Under the pieces are notes generated by a model. It was not told the origin of the DNA. It saw only the letters and a program-made list of their open reading frames with translations, and did not search any database. A program made the translations under genes and the position numbers. DNA of 64,000 nt, taken from Bacillota bacterium. GTDB lineage: Bacteria; Bacillota; Ch66; Ch109. Positions 41,873-51,333 of this stretch are shown piece after piece. The stretch lies in assembly GCA_050952625.1 (NCBI GenBank), contig JBMNLH010000001.1, forward strand, positions 128,001 to 192,000, written 5' to 3'. The number at the start of each line of letters is the position of its first letter. Positions within the stretch are counted from its first letter, which is position 1.

Positions 41873-43402
41873 ATGGGAAATCGGGTATACATTTTTGATA
41901 CAACGCTGCGCGATGGAGAACAGTCACCCGGGGTGAGCCTTAATGCCCAGGAGAAACTAGAGATTGCCAAGCAGCTTGCCCGTCTGGGGGTTGACATTAT
42001 TGAGGCAGGTTTTCCGATTACCTCGACTGGGGATCAAGAAGCGGTCAGGCTGATCTCGCAAAAAGTCAAGGGCCCAGTTATCGCTGCTCTAGCCCGGACC
42101 GAAGAGGCTGATATAGATCTGGCCTGGGAAACTCTTAAGGAAGCAGAACGACCAAGAATTCATACATTTATAGCTACTTCGCCGATTCATATGCAATACA
42201 AACTTCAGAAAAGTCCTGAAGAGGTAGTAGAAGCAGCGGTAAGAGCGGTTAAACGAGCCCGCAGTTATGTAGAGGATGTTGAGTTTTCTTGTGAAGACGG
42301 TTCTCGAAGTGACCTCGATTTTTTGTGTCGAATCCTAACAGCAGTGATTGAGGCTGGAGCCACCACCGTCAATATCCCAGACACCGTCGGTTATTCCACC
42401 CCGGCTGAGTACGCCTCAATTATTCGCTACTTGCGGGAAAATATACCCAACAGTCACCGCGCTATTTTTAGTGTTCATTGCCATGACGACCTTGGTCTAG
42501 CTGTGGCTAATACCTTAGCCGCGATAGAGGCCGGGGCGGAACAGGTGGAGTGTGCGGTGAACGGAATCGGAGAGCGGGCGGGGAATGCCTCTTTGGAAGA
42601 AATTGTCATGGCTTTATATACCCGGCGCGCTACTTTTGGCAAAGACACCAAGATCAATTACTCGGAAATATACCGCACAAGCAAACTGGTTAGCACCATG
42701 ACCGGGATGCCGATTCAGCCCAATAAGGCAATCATTGGCAAAAATGCCTTTGCGCATGAATCGGGGATTCATCAGGATGGGGTCCTGAAGGAACGGACCA
42801 CCTATGAGATCATGAATCCGGAGTTAATCGGGATTTACCAGGATAACTTGGTGTTAGGGAAACACTCCGGCCGCCATGCCTTTCGGATGCGTCTGCAGGA
42901 AATGGGTTTCGAACTAAGTGATGCTGAATTAAAACGGGCCTTCGGCCGGTTTAAAACCCTGGCCGACCGCAAGAAGGAAATCACCGCCCATGATTTGGAA
43001 GCAATCGTGAAGGAAGAAATACGGGCGATTCCTGAGAAATTCCGTCTGGATAACCTGCATTTTTTCAGCGGCACCCAAGTTGTCCCAACAGCCACGGTTG
43101 GTTTATTTAACGGCGAGATTATTGTGGAGGAAGCCTCCATTGGCGATGGCCCGGTGGATGCGGCCCTGAAAGCGGTTGATCGGATAACGCAATTGAATAC
43201 TACCCTGAGTGAGTATTCAATCAAAGCGATCACTGGTGGTAAGGATGCCTTGGGTGAAGTTACGGTAAGGGTCCAGCATGGGGAACGATTTTTCATTGGC
43301 CGGGGAGTCAGTACAGATGTCATTGAGGCTAGTGTCAAAGCCTACGTCGATGCGATTAATAAAGTGGCTTATGAATTAGAGAAAAATAAGCTGCCGGTAT
43401 AA
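41873..43402 (+). CDS. leuA: 2-isopropylmalate synthase
   Basis: [37 protein letters not shown]. Confidence 0.96.
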   Translation: MGNRVYIFDTTLRDGEQSPGVSLNAQEKLEIAKQLARLGVDIIEAGFPITSTGDQEAVRLISQKVKGPVIAALARTEEADIDLAWETLKEAERPRIHTFIATSPIHMQYKLQKSPEEVVEAAVRAVKRARSYVEDVEFSCEDGSRSDLDFLCRILTAVIEAGATTVNIPDTVGYSTPAEYASIIRYLRENIPNSHRAIFSVHCHDDLGLAVANTLAAIEAGAEQVECAVNGIGERAGNASLEEIVMALYTRRATFGKDTKINYSEIYRTSKLVSTMTGMPIQPNKAIIGKNAFAHESGIHQDGVLKERTTYEIMNPELIGIYQDNLVLGKHSGRHAFRMRLQEMGFELSDAELKRAFGRFKTLADRKKEITAHDLEAIVKEEIRAIPEKFRLDNLHFFSGTQVVPTATVGLFNGEIIVEEASIGDGPVDAALKAVDRITQLNTTLSEYSIKAITGGKDALGEVTVRVQHGERFFIGRGVSTDVIEASVKAYVDAINKVAYELEKNKLPV

Positions 43403-43691
43403 CTCGGAACAATTGGTCATAAAATGAATAGACAGGCAATTTGCGTCTTTCTATCACAACTCGCCCAGAGGACTCCCGCCTCTATAGGCGGGAGAGGCTT
43501 CGCCAATTCTTAGACAGATAAGGTAATATTTACAAGTTATTGACAGAACCATACTCTTACCTGGAACAGAGAGAGAAGCTAATTAAGGGCCTCTCTCTTT
43601 TTTTCTCTGGTGCGGATAGCTCCTCTTGCTCAAAATTATTCAAGCGGCTATTATAGAGAAGTAGATTGATATTAAGGGGGGTGTTAGAGGA

Positions 43692-44552
43692 TTGTTGGCA
43701 TTGCTGCAAAGCTGGTTACCCGATAGACCGATGGATCTCCTGTCCTTTAATACCTTCGTCTTTGTTTTGGATATTGCGCTTGTTGCCTTTCTCTTATATA
43801 AAGTATTGATGTTCATCAAAGGTACCCGGGGAATGCAGCTGCTAAAGGGTCTGGTCGTCTTGATTATCTTCTCCGGTCTGAGCAATTGGCTGCAACTAGG
43901 AACAGTAGCCTGGATTCTTGATAAAATGTGGGCAAGTTTATTTGTTGCTGTACCGGTGGTTTTTCAGCCGGAACTGCGTCGGGCCCTGGAACAATTGGGA
44001 AGGGGCCGTTTTTTTGCTCGTTCTTCAACCCAGTTAAGAGGGGAAAATCTGTATCGTTTAATTCGAGAAATAGTTAAGGCGGTTCAGGAAATGGCGCGAA
44101 CCAGAACGGGTGCCCTAATCGTTTTAGAAAGAAAGACCGGCTTACAAGATTACGTGGAAGGGGCGATTCGGATAGACGGGCTGGTTTCAGCCGAGTTTTT
44201 AACCAATATCTTTGTCCCGAAAACCCCTTTGCATGATGGGGCGGTAGTGATCCGCGGAGAGCGGGTCGTCGCAGCCGGTTGTCTGCTGCCCCTGACTGAT
44301 AATCCTTATTTGGAAAAAGAGTTAGGCACCCGGCATCGGGCGGGTATCGGGATAACGGAGAATACCGATGCCCTAACGGTGATTGTCTCAGAGGAAACCG
44401 GCATCGTCTCTTTGGCAATTAATGGTCGCTTATTACGTCATCTGGATGAAAAGCTGCTCAAAGAGCAATTAGAAACCCTATTGCGGCCCGAATCAACGAC
44501 AGTTACTTTCCGTGGCTGGAAGTGGCCATATGGAAACCTTAATAAAGGATAG
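43692..44552 (+). CDS. cdaA: Diadenylate cyclase CdaA
   Basis: Three TM helices, FQPELRRALE, PLHDGAV, LGTRHRA, VSEETG. Confidence 0.95.
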   Translation: MLALLQSWLPDRPMDLLSFNTFVFVLDIALVAFLLYKVLMFIKGTRGMQLLKGLVVLIIFSGLSNWLQLGTVAWILDKMWASLFVAVPVVFQPELRRALEQLGRGRFFARSSTQLRGENLYRLIREIVKAVQEMARTRTGALIVLERKTGLQDYVEGAIRIDGLVSAEFLTNIFVPKTPLHDGAVVIRGERVVAAGCLLPLTDNPYLEKELGTRHRAGIGITENTDALTVIVSEETGIVSLAINGRLLRHLDEKLLKEQLETLLRPESTTVTFRGWKWPYGNLNKG

Positions 44553-44594
44553 ATTTTCAGTCTAGCGGCGCACATTATTTTAAGGAGGTAAGCG

Positions 44595-45881
44595 ATGAGC
44601 GGGAAAAATAATTCCGGCTCTAAACCCAAAAGGCCCCTCCTTCCTACACCCGAAATCCAGAGCGATAATAGCCAGGGCGGGGGTAAGTGGGTTGTCAGAA
44701 ATCTCCGTTATAAAATTTTGGCAGTGCTATTGGCGATTGTGCTCTGGTTTTATGCGGCTAATGAAAGAGGTTTAATGCGGGAGCGGGTTTTTGACAATGT
44801 GCCAATTGCCGTTCACGGCTTAAGCGAGGGATTGGTTTTGGCCGGAGAACTGCCTCAAGCCCAAATTACGCTTAGAGGCAGTGTAGAAGGACTAAACGTT
44901 AATGAATTAACGGCCTATCTTGATCTCAGTGGAATCTCAGTGGGACAAGCAACGGTCCCGGTAATGGTTAATGTTCCCAGCGGGATTTCTTTTGTAGGGG
45001 TAAAACCCAGCCGAATCGGGGTACAAATTGATGTCCGGGCGGAAAAACAGATTCCAGTTGAGATCAAGCTCACTGGTCAGACCGCAGCCGGCTATGTCTC
45101 GATGGCCCCGACCGTTAGACCATCCCAAGTAGTTGTTTCTGGAGCCAGGAGTGTGCTGGCCAATTTGCAGCAGGCCTATGTTAGTCTGGCTCTGAATAAT
45201 ACGGATCGGAGTCTCAGTGAAACAATTCCCATAAGCATTATTGATCAGCAAGGCCTTCTGGTTAAGGGGCTCCAGCTTACCCCGGCCAGCGTTGAAGTTT
45301 TTGTCCCGGTGATCAAAGAAGAACCCGAAAAAACGGTGCCGGTGCGGCCAGTAGTTACTGGGGCCCCGGCCAGTGGTTATCAGGTAGTTGGGGTGACGGT
45401 TGAACCAGAAACAGTTAAAATAGTAGGACCGGCGGAGTCTTTAGAAAAAGTGACTGAGGTGACCACCCGGCCAGTTGACATTACTGGGGTTGATAAAACC
45501 GCTGTTTATCCAAGTCAGTTGGAACTCAGGGGAATAAACGGGGTAGAACCAGCCCAGGTTTCGGTAATTGTGCGAGTCGCCCAGACAACGCTGGAACGCG
45601 ACATCGGACCATTAGCGGTTCAGCTGGAAAACGTGGTTGATGGTTTCACCGCCTCGGTCCAGCCCAAGGAGATATCAGTCCGGATAACCGGTCCGACTGA
45701 TCGGGTAGAAAAACTCACTCCGCAGGATATTTCGGCGCGGGTGAATCTGGCTGGTCTGATTGCTGGGAAACATCAGGTACCGGTAGCGGTTTCCTTGCCT
45801 CCCGGTCTAACTATTAGCCAAATAACCCCGGAGATCTTGGAAGTTTCTTTGACCCCGATCGAAAACGCGGGTGAGGAGTGA
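44595..45881 (+). CDS. cdaR: CdaA regulator CdaR (YbbR repeats)
   Basis: N-terminal TM helix, repeated YbbR-like domains, conserved cdaA-cdaR-glmM synteny. Confidence 0.9.
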   Translation: MSGKNNSGSKPKRPLLPTPEIQSDNSQGGGKWVVRNLRYKILAVLLAIVLWFYAANERGLMRERVFDNVPIAVHGLSEGLVLAGELPQAQITLRGSVEGLNVNELTAYLDLSGISVGQATVPVMVNVPSGISFVGVKPSRIGVQIDVRAEKQIPVEIKLTGQTAAGYVSMAPTVRPSQVVVSGARSVLANLQQAYVSLALNNTDRSLSETIPISIIDQQGLLVKGLQLTPASVEVFVPVIKEEPEKTVPVRPVVTGAPASGYQVVGVTVEPETVKIVGPAESLEKVTEVTTRPVDITGVDKTAVYPSQLELRGINGVEPAQVSVIVRVAQTTLERDIGPLAVQLENVVDGFTASVQPKEISVRITGPTDRVEKLTPQDISARVNLAGLIAGKHQVPVAVSLPPGLTISQITPEILEVSLTPIENAGEE

Positions 45882-46100
45882 GGAGTGAGGGGTGAGGGGT
45901 GGGGCGAGGTGTGAGGAGTAAAACGTGAGGTGTTAGGTGTGAGGGGTGAGGTGTAAGGGGTTGAGGTGTAAGGGGTGAGGTGTAAGGGGTGAGGTGTAAG
46001 GGGTGAGGAAGGAGAGCCCCGGCAGGTTCTGAAAGAAGAACTGGCCGCTGAAGGCGTTAAGGCGTGAGTGGTGAGGAGTAAGGAGTAAGGCGTGAGGGGT
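45871..46100. repeat. Heptamer tandem repeat GTGAGGN/GTAAGGN (G-rich strand)
   Basis: Roughly 19 units at 45871-46008 plus a second short cluster at about 46055-46100. Confidence 0.85.
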
Positions 46101-46285
46101 TTAAGGCAAATAATCCGGCAACGTTAAGTCTTAATGACGCTGATGAACGCGATGTAGATGAGCACTGTAGAGGATAGATAGTGCTGAAAGCAACCAAGCT
46201 TGGAGTCAGGCTAATGAAGTAAATTTATTAATCTCGTAGAAGTCTCCTCTAAAATATTAATCTAGAATATGCAAAAAAAGGAGTA

Positions 46286-47636
46286 ATGTCAGGGATGGGT
46301 AATCTGTTTGGAACTGATGGGGTTCGAGGAGCCGCCAACGTAGAACTTACTCCGGAAACTGCCTTTCGACTGGGACGCGCCGGGGCTTATGTCTTAAGTC
46401 AAGAAGTTAAACGCCCCCAAATCGTAATCGGTAAGGACACGCGGATTTCCGGGGATATGCTGGAGGCAGCCTTAATGGCTGGGATTTGTTCAGTTGGGGC
46501 TGATGTTTATCGCGTCGGGATCTTACCAACACCAGGAATCGCTTATCTTACCCGCAGTCTGAGAGCCACTGCCGGGGTAGTCATCTCTGCTTCCCACAAC
46601 CCAGTAGTTGACAACGGAATCAAATTTTTTGCCGGGAACGGATATAAACTGCCAGATGCGATCGAGGAAGAGATTGAACGGCTGGTCTTAGCGGACAAGG
46701 ATGAACTGCCCAGACCCTTGGGCGGTGAAGTGGGCCGGGTTTATGAGGTGGAAGGGGCCAGCCAACGCTACTTAGAATACTTGAAAACGACGACAAATGT
46801 AGACCTTCAGGGTTTAACGATCGTCGTAGATGGGGCAAATGGAGCGGCTTACGAGGTTGCCCCCCGCTTGTTTCGAGAACTGGGGGCCCGGGTTATTCCG
46901 ATTAACTGCAGCCCAAATGGCATCAATATTAATGCCAGTTGCGGCTCTACCTATCCCGGGGTTCTGCAGGCGGCAGTCATAGAGCACCGGGCTGATCTGG
47001 GAATCTCGCATGACGGCGATGCGGACCGGGTAATTGCGGTTGACGAACAGGGGAACCTGGTCGATGGCGATTATATCATGGTGATCTGCGGCTTGCACTT
47101 AGCTCGGCAGCGGGCCCTTGCCGCTGGATACCATTGTGGTAACAGTGATGAGCAATCTGGGACTACATCTCGCTTTGCGCCAGGCCGGGGTGCACACGCT
47201 GGAAACAAAGGTCGGGGACCGTTACGTTCTGGAGGAAATGCTGCGAACCGGAGCCAAACTGGGCGGCGAACAATCAGGTCACGTGATTTTCCTGGAACAC
47301 AATACTACTGGTGATGGGATTCTGACCGCCTTGCAGTTAATGTCAGTTATGCGAGAGACGGGCTTGCCCTTGTCAACCCTCGCTCAGCAAATGACCCGTT
47401 TGCCTCAGGTCCTGGTGAACGTAAGAGTCAAAGATAAAAATGCCCTCGATACTTGCCAGCCGGTACAAGACAGTATCCAGCAAGCCAGTCAGCGTCTAGG
47501 AGATACCGGCCGGGTACTGGTTCGCCCTTCGGGTACTGAACCGTTAATCAGGGTTATGGCTGAGGGACCTAACGAAGACGAATTAAGAAAAGTTGTGGAA
47601 GATATAGTGCGGATGGTTGAGCGGCATTTGGGATAA
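46286..47636 (+). CDS. glmM: Phosphoglucosamine mutase (split by a +1 frameshift at about 47115-47117)
   Basis: [22 protein letters not shown]; second [29 protein letters not shown]. Confidence 0.93.
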
Positions 47637-47892
47637 AGCGAATCTTCAGCAAATGCTTAACAACCTGGAAGTTTTGTTAATTTATAATTATAGCGGACAG
47701 CGGATTGTTAACGTATAATAGTTATTGATGCGTAATATATGGGTTAACTATGAAAGGAGGTGAGTTTTCGACTGATAGAAGCGGGAGTCTTTTGATTCTG
47801 ATAAACTAGATTACCCAGGCTTAATTGGCAAGCGGAGCATTAACCATAGTGGTCATGCCTGAACCTAAAAACCGGTAAGGAAGAAAACTTGC

Positions 47893-48035
47893 AAAGCGCC
47901 AGGACCAGCCATGCTGTTTTGGCTGGTTGACGAGGAAGGGGTTTATCGAAAGATTCGGCGGGTGCCCCTCGGTGTGTCACCACCGTGAGTCCGGTAATAA
48001 AACCTCCGAGTAATCGGAGGGACAGAGGACCGGAC
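47893..48035 (+). ncRNA. glmS ribozyme
   Basis: AGCGCCAGGAC...GTTGACGAGG...GGTTTATCGAA..TTCGGCGGGTGCC core plus P4 with GTAA loop, upstream of glmS. Confidence 0.95.
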
Positions 48036-48074
48036 AGTGACCGCCTGAGACGACCGGAACCGATTTTGTCGTTG

Positions 48075-48293
48075 AGGTGGAGCAGGGATATGGGACAGGA
48101 TTAGTGAAATAATTCACTAACCTTGTGCTTGAGCCCAGCTTCAGGCTTGTGTGGGATGATTTTTCACAGAGTGAACTCGGTCAGCTCATATGGGCCTTGA
48201 CCTCCATTGTCGTTTTCCAGGATGATTTTTTATGGAGTGACTCGTTCAGCTTCGCTGAACATTGAGGCTTCAGAGGGATACTCTGCTCCACCT
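48075..48293. repeat. ~220-bp element with 11-bp terminal inverted repeats (MITE-like) in the glmS leader
   Basis: aggtggagcag...ctgctccacct with internal duplicated ggatgattttt..gagtga.ctcg.tcagct. Confidence 0.45.
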
Positions 48294-48540
48294 GAAGTTA
48301 TGATTGATTATTTAGTTTTCTTCCGTTGCCAATTGCCGGTGACGGTTTTGTTTTTGTTTGCAAGTTAAAAGGTAAAGTAAACAATAATATAAACTCCGGC
48401 TGTTATCTGTTATTGCTATGGATATAACCATAATTCGTTGATCGAGGTGCGTTCAACGCATGATAATTCTGAGCGAAGCGAAGAATCCATCCCTTTTAAA
48501 TGTAACAGACGATAAATGTAAAATTTAGGGGGATATAATA

Positions 48541-50373
48541 ATGTGCGGAATAGTTGGTTATTTGGGTACTCAACCAGCGGTGCCCATTTTAATAGAAGGC
48601 TTGAAGAAGTTAGAATACCGGGGTTATGATTCAGCCGGCATCGCGGTTTTAAACGGGGGCAATCTGACGGTTACAAAAAGTGCCGGTAAGATCAACTTGC
48701 TCGAAAGATTACTTCAAGAAGAAGGATGCCCGGACAGTCATATTGGCATCGGCCACACCCGCTGGGCCACCCATGGCCGTCCTTCGGACATCAATTCTCA
48801 CCCGCATACTGACTGCACCGGTGAATTTGCCGTGGTTCATAACGGCATTATTGAGAATTATCAAAGCTTGAAAGAGTGGTTGCAGCAGGAGGGGCATGCT
48901 TTTGTCTCTGAGACGGACACTGAAGTGCTGCCGCATTTGGTGGAGCACTTTTACCGCGGTGATCTGGAAACCGCAGTCTTGGAGGTTATCAGCCGGGTAC
49001 AGGGGTCTTACGCGATGGTGGCGTTTACCCAGAAAGAGCCGGGCAAACTGGTGGCGGTCCGCAAGGACAGTCCATTGGTCGTGGGTCTGGGAGAAGATGA
49101 GTACTTCTTGGCTTCGGATATTCCGGCTATTTTAAATCACACTCGCCGGGCCTATATTCTGGATGATGGTGAAGTGGCGGTCCTGATGGCTGAGGGGGTC
49201 CAGATCCTCGACCAATGGGGTCTGCCGGTCGATAAACCGATTTTTGAGGTGGAGTGGGATGCGAAAGCTGCGGAAAAAGGCGGTTACGATCATTTCATGC
49301 TCAAGGAAATTCACGAGCAGCCTAAAGCCCTGAAGGATACCCTGAGCGGCCGGCTAACCCCGGATAACCGCCGGATTCAGTTAAGTGAGGTTAAGCTTAC
49401 CCCTCAGCAGATAAAAAATATCCGCAAGGTTAGTATCGTGGCTTGCGGAACCGCCTATCACGCGGGAGTGGTGGGTAAGTACGTGATCGAAAAACTGGCG
49501 CGAATACCGACCGAAGTCGATATCGCTTCTGAATTCCGTTATCGCGACCCTTTGCTGGACGAACAAACCCTGGTAGTGGTCATCAGTCAGTCCGGCGAAA
49601 CCGCCGATACCCTGGCAGCTCTGCGGGAAGCGAAGCGCAAGGGGGCTCGGGTCCTAGCGATTACTAACGTGGTGGGCAGTTCCGTCTCCCGGGAGGCAGA
49701 TGATGTCCTTTACACCTGGGCTGGGCCGGAAATTGCCGTGGCTTCCACCAAAGCCTATACCACCCAATTGATCTGTATGTACCTGCTGGGTCTATACCTG
49801 GCCCAGGTCCGAGAAACCCTACCGGAGGGAGAAATCGAAACCATCATCGACCATTTGCGCCAGCTGCCGCAACAGGTGCAGATAATTCTGGATCGGGAGC
49901 GGGCGGTTAAAGAAATAGCGGAGAAATTTACGCAGGCAGAAAACTGCTTTTTCATCGGTCGCGGTCTGGATTACGCGGTAGCGATGGAAGGTTCCTTAAA
50001 GCTCAAGGAAATTTCTTATATCCATGCCGAAGCCTACGCTGCCGGGGAACTAAAACATGGCACTCTGGCTTTGATTGTGGAGGGAATCCCAGTTTTGGCC
50101 ATCGCCACCCAGGAAGAATTGTTGGAAAAGACCATGAGCAACGTCAAGGAAGTCAAAGCCCGGGAAGCGACCGTGATCGGCTTGACCATGGAAGGGAATC
50201 GCGAGATTGAGAAATCAGTGGACGAAGTGATCTATCTTCCCCGGACTCACGCCCTGCTAACCTCTGTTCTAACGGTTGTCCCTCTGCAGCTACTGGCCTA
50301 TTACGCGGCGGTGGCCCGGGGCACCGATGTGGATCAGCCGCGGAACCTGGCGAAGAGTGTGACGGTGGAGTGA
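48541..50373 (+). CDS. glmS: Glutamine-fructose-6-phosphate aminotransferase
   Basis: MCGIVG, LEYRGYDSAG, GHTRWATHG, SQSGETADT, PRNLAKSVTVE. Confidence 0.98.
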   Translation: MCGIVGYLGTQPAVPILIEGLKKLEYRGYDSAGIAVLNGGNLTVTKSAGKINLLERLLQEEGCPDSHIGIGHTRWATHGRPSDINSHPHTDCTGEFAVVHNGIIENYQSLKEWLQQEGHAFVSETDTEVLPHLVEHFYRGDLETAVLEVISRVQGSYAMVAFTQKEPGKLVAVRKDSPLVVGLGEDEYFLASDIPAILNHTRRAYILDDGEVAVLMAEGVQILDQWGLPVDKPIFEVEWDAKAAEKGGYDHFMLKEIHEQPKALKDTLSGRLTPDNRRIQLSEVKLTPQQIKNIRKVSIVACGTAYHAGVVGKYVIEKLARIPTEVDIASEFRYRDPLLDEQTLVVVISQSGETADTLAALREAKRKGARVLAITNVVGSSVSREADDVLYTWAGPEIAVASTKAYTTQLICMYLLGLYLAQVRETLPEGEIETIIDHLRQLPQQVQIILDRERAVKEIAEKFTQAENCFFIGRGLDYAVAMEGSLKLKEISYIHAEAYAAGELKHGTLALIVEGIPVLAIATQEELLEKTMSNVKEVKAREATVIGLTMEGNREIEKSVDEVIYLPRTHALLTSVLTVVPLQLLAYYAAVARGTDVDQPRNLAKSVTVE

Positions 50374-50499
50374 TTGCAAAGCTTTGCTCCTTGATCAGGT
50401 TAATGAGGTCTACCTGGCAGATCCGCTGCGTTCGAAAATAATCCGCAGAGTCTGTACATTAATAAACTGTTTCTTTTTAATCGAAATTGTGTATAATAA

Positions 50500-50626
50500 T
50501 AGCAAGAGACCCCTAGGCGGCAACCTAGAAGTCTCTCTAACCATCAGGGAGTTACTTCAACACCTGGTGCAAATATTACTAAAACATAGTTGCTTGGCTA
50601 ATACTTAGATATTAGCCTATTTTTTT
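50500..50626 (+). ncRNA. Putative antisense antitoxin sRNA of a type I TA pair
   Basis: TATAAT at about 50493, 5' hairpin agagac-ctagg...cctag-gtctct, terminator ggctaata/tattagcc with T run, converging on the toxin 3' end. Confidence 0.5.
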
Positions 50627-50685
50627 GTAAGTATTAAGAGTGAGACTATCAGCGTTAAAAGCATCAATAGTTCTATTGTGCTCAA
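50617..50685 (-). CDS. Putative holin-like type I toxin peptide MSTIELLMLLTLIVSLLILTKK
   Basis: Strong RBS AGGAGGTGA, TTG start, single hydrophobic helix with KK tail, upstream TG-N-TAAAAT extended -10. Confidence 0.65.
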   Translation of the reverse strand: MSTIELLMLLTLIVSLLILTKK

Positions 50686-51085
50686 TCGCTTCACCTCCTC
50701 TCCTGGATCTACACCAGGAGTTGGAGGTTTCCCCTCAGGCTATCTCATATTTTACCACATCGTTGATTAACAACCTACAACCGATCTAATTGATGATTCG
50801 ACAAATTTCGGGGAGGGTCAGTCCCCTTTAACTTTGATAGCCAGTGGAAAGTACCACAAAAACAGCGTGTGAATCGTGTAAAGATAGTTAGTTTTGTATG
50901 ATAGTGTCATTGATCGTCACCAGCAGGTAAACCAGCAGGTTCTGCGTTTTGGGGATAACCCTTGCATTGCAGTAAGCCTGCTATTCTGTTAAATTTTGAC
51001 AAAATATGTCAAGATTAAAACATCCTGTTATCTTTTGGATATCCTAGTAAACTCTTGCACACCATTTAAAGATAACAAAAATTTT

Positions 51086-51114
51086 GCAGGAAGATTCTAA
51101 CGCATCACGAATTA
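51086..51114 (+). promoter_or_regulatory. Sigma-H-type promoter upstream of the DUF499 operon
   Basis: GCAGGAAGA-N11-cacGAATta. Confidence 0.5.
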
Positions 51115-51333
51115 TTACAATATAACAAAATATATGTGCACTTATTTTGTCGGATTAGTTTATATTGTCGGAACTAGTTCTCTAACCGCGGTAAATGCGC
51201 AAACTGTTATGAGGCATGAAACGTTGGAACCGGAAGTTCTTTGAGATATTTGTTTATAAAGAAAGGTGTTATTAGTTAGGAAAGACACGAATTTAGGTTA
51301 ATATTCAATGGCTCTAAATGGAGGGATGAGCCC

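Noticed and set aside
38357-47636. ilvB and glmM as genuine pseudogenes
   Set aside because: Single-base homopolymer insertions with otherwise intact sequence, and glmM is normally essential; more likely sequencing errors.
50374-50470. Tn7-like insertion at the glmS attTn7 site
   Set aside because: No recognisable TGT-initiated transposon end with repeated TnsB sites about 25 bp past the stop, and no tns genes in the window.
50384-50608. 74-aa plus-strand ORF after glmS
   Set aside because: No RBS; it overlaps the promoter and hairpins of the putative antitoxin RNA.
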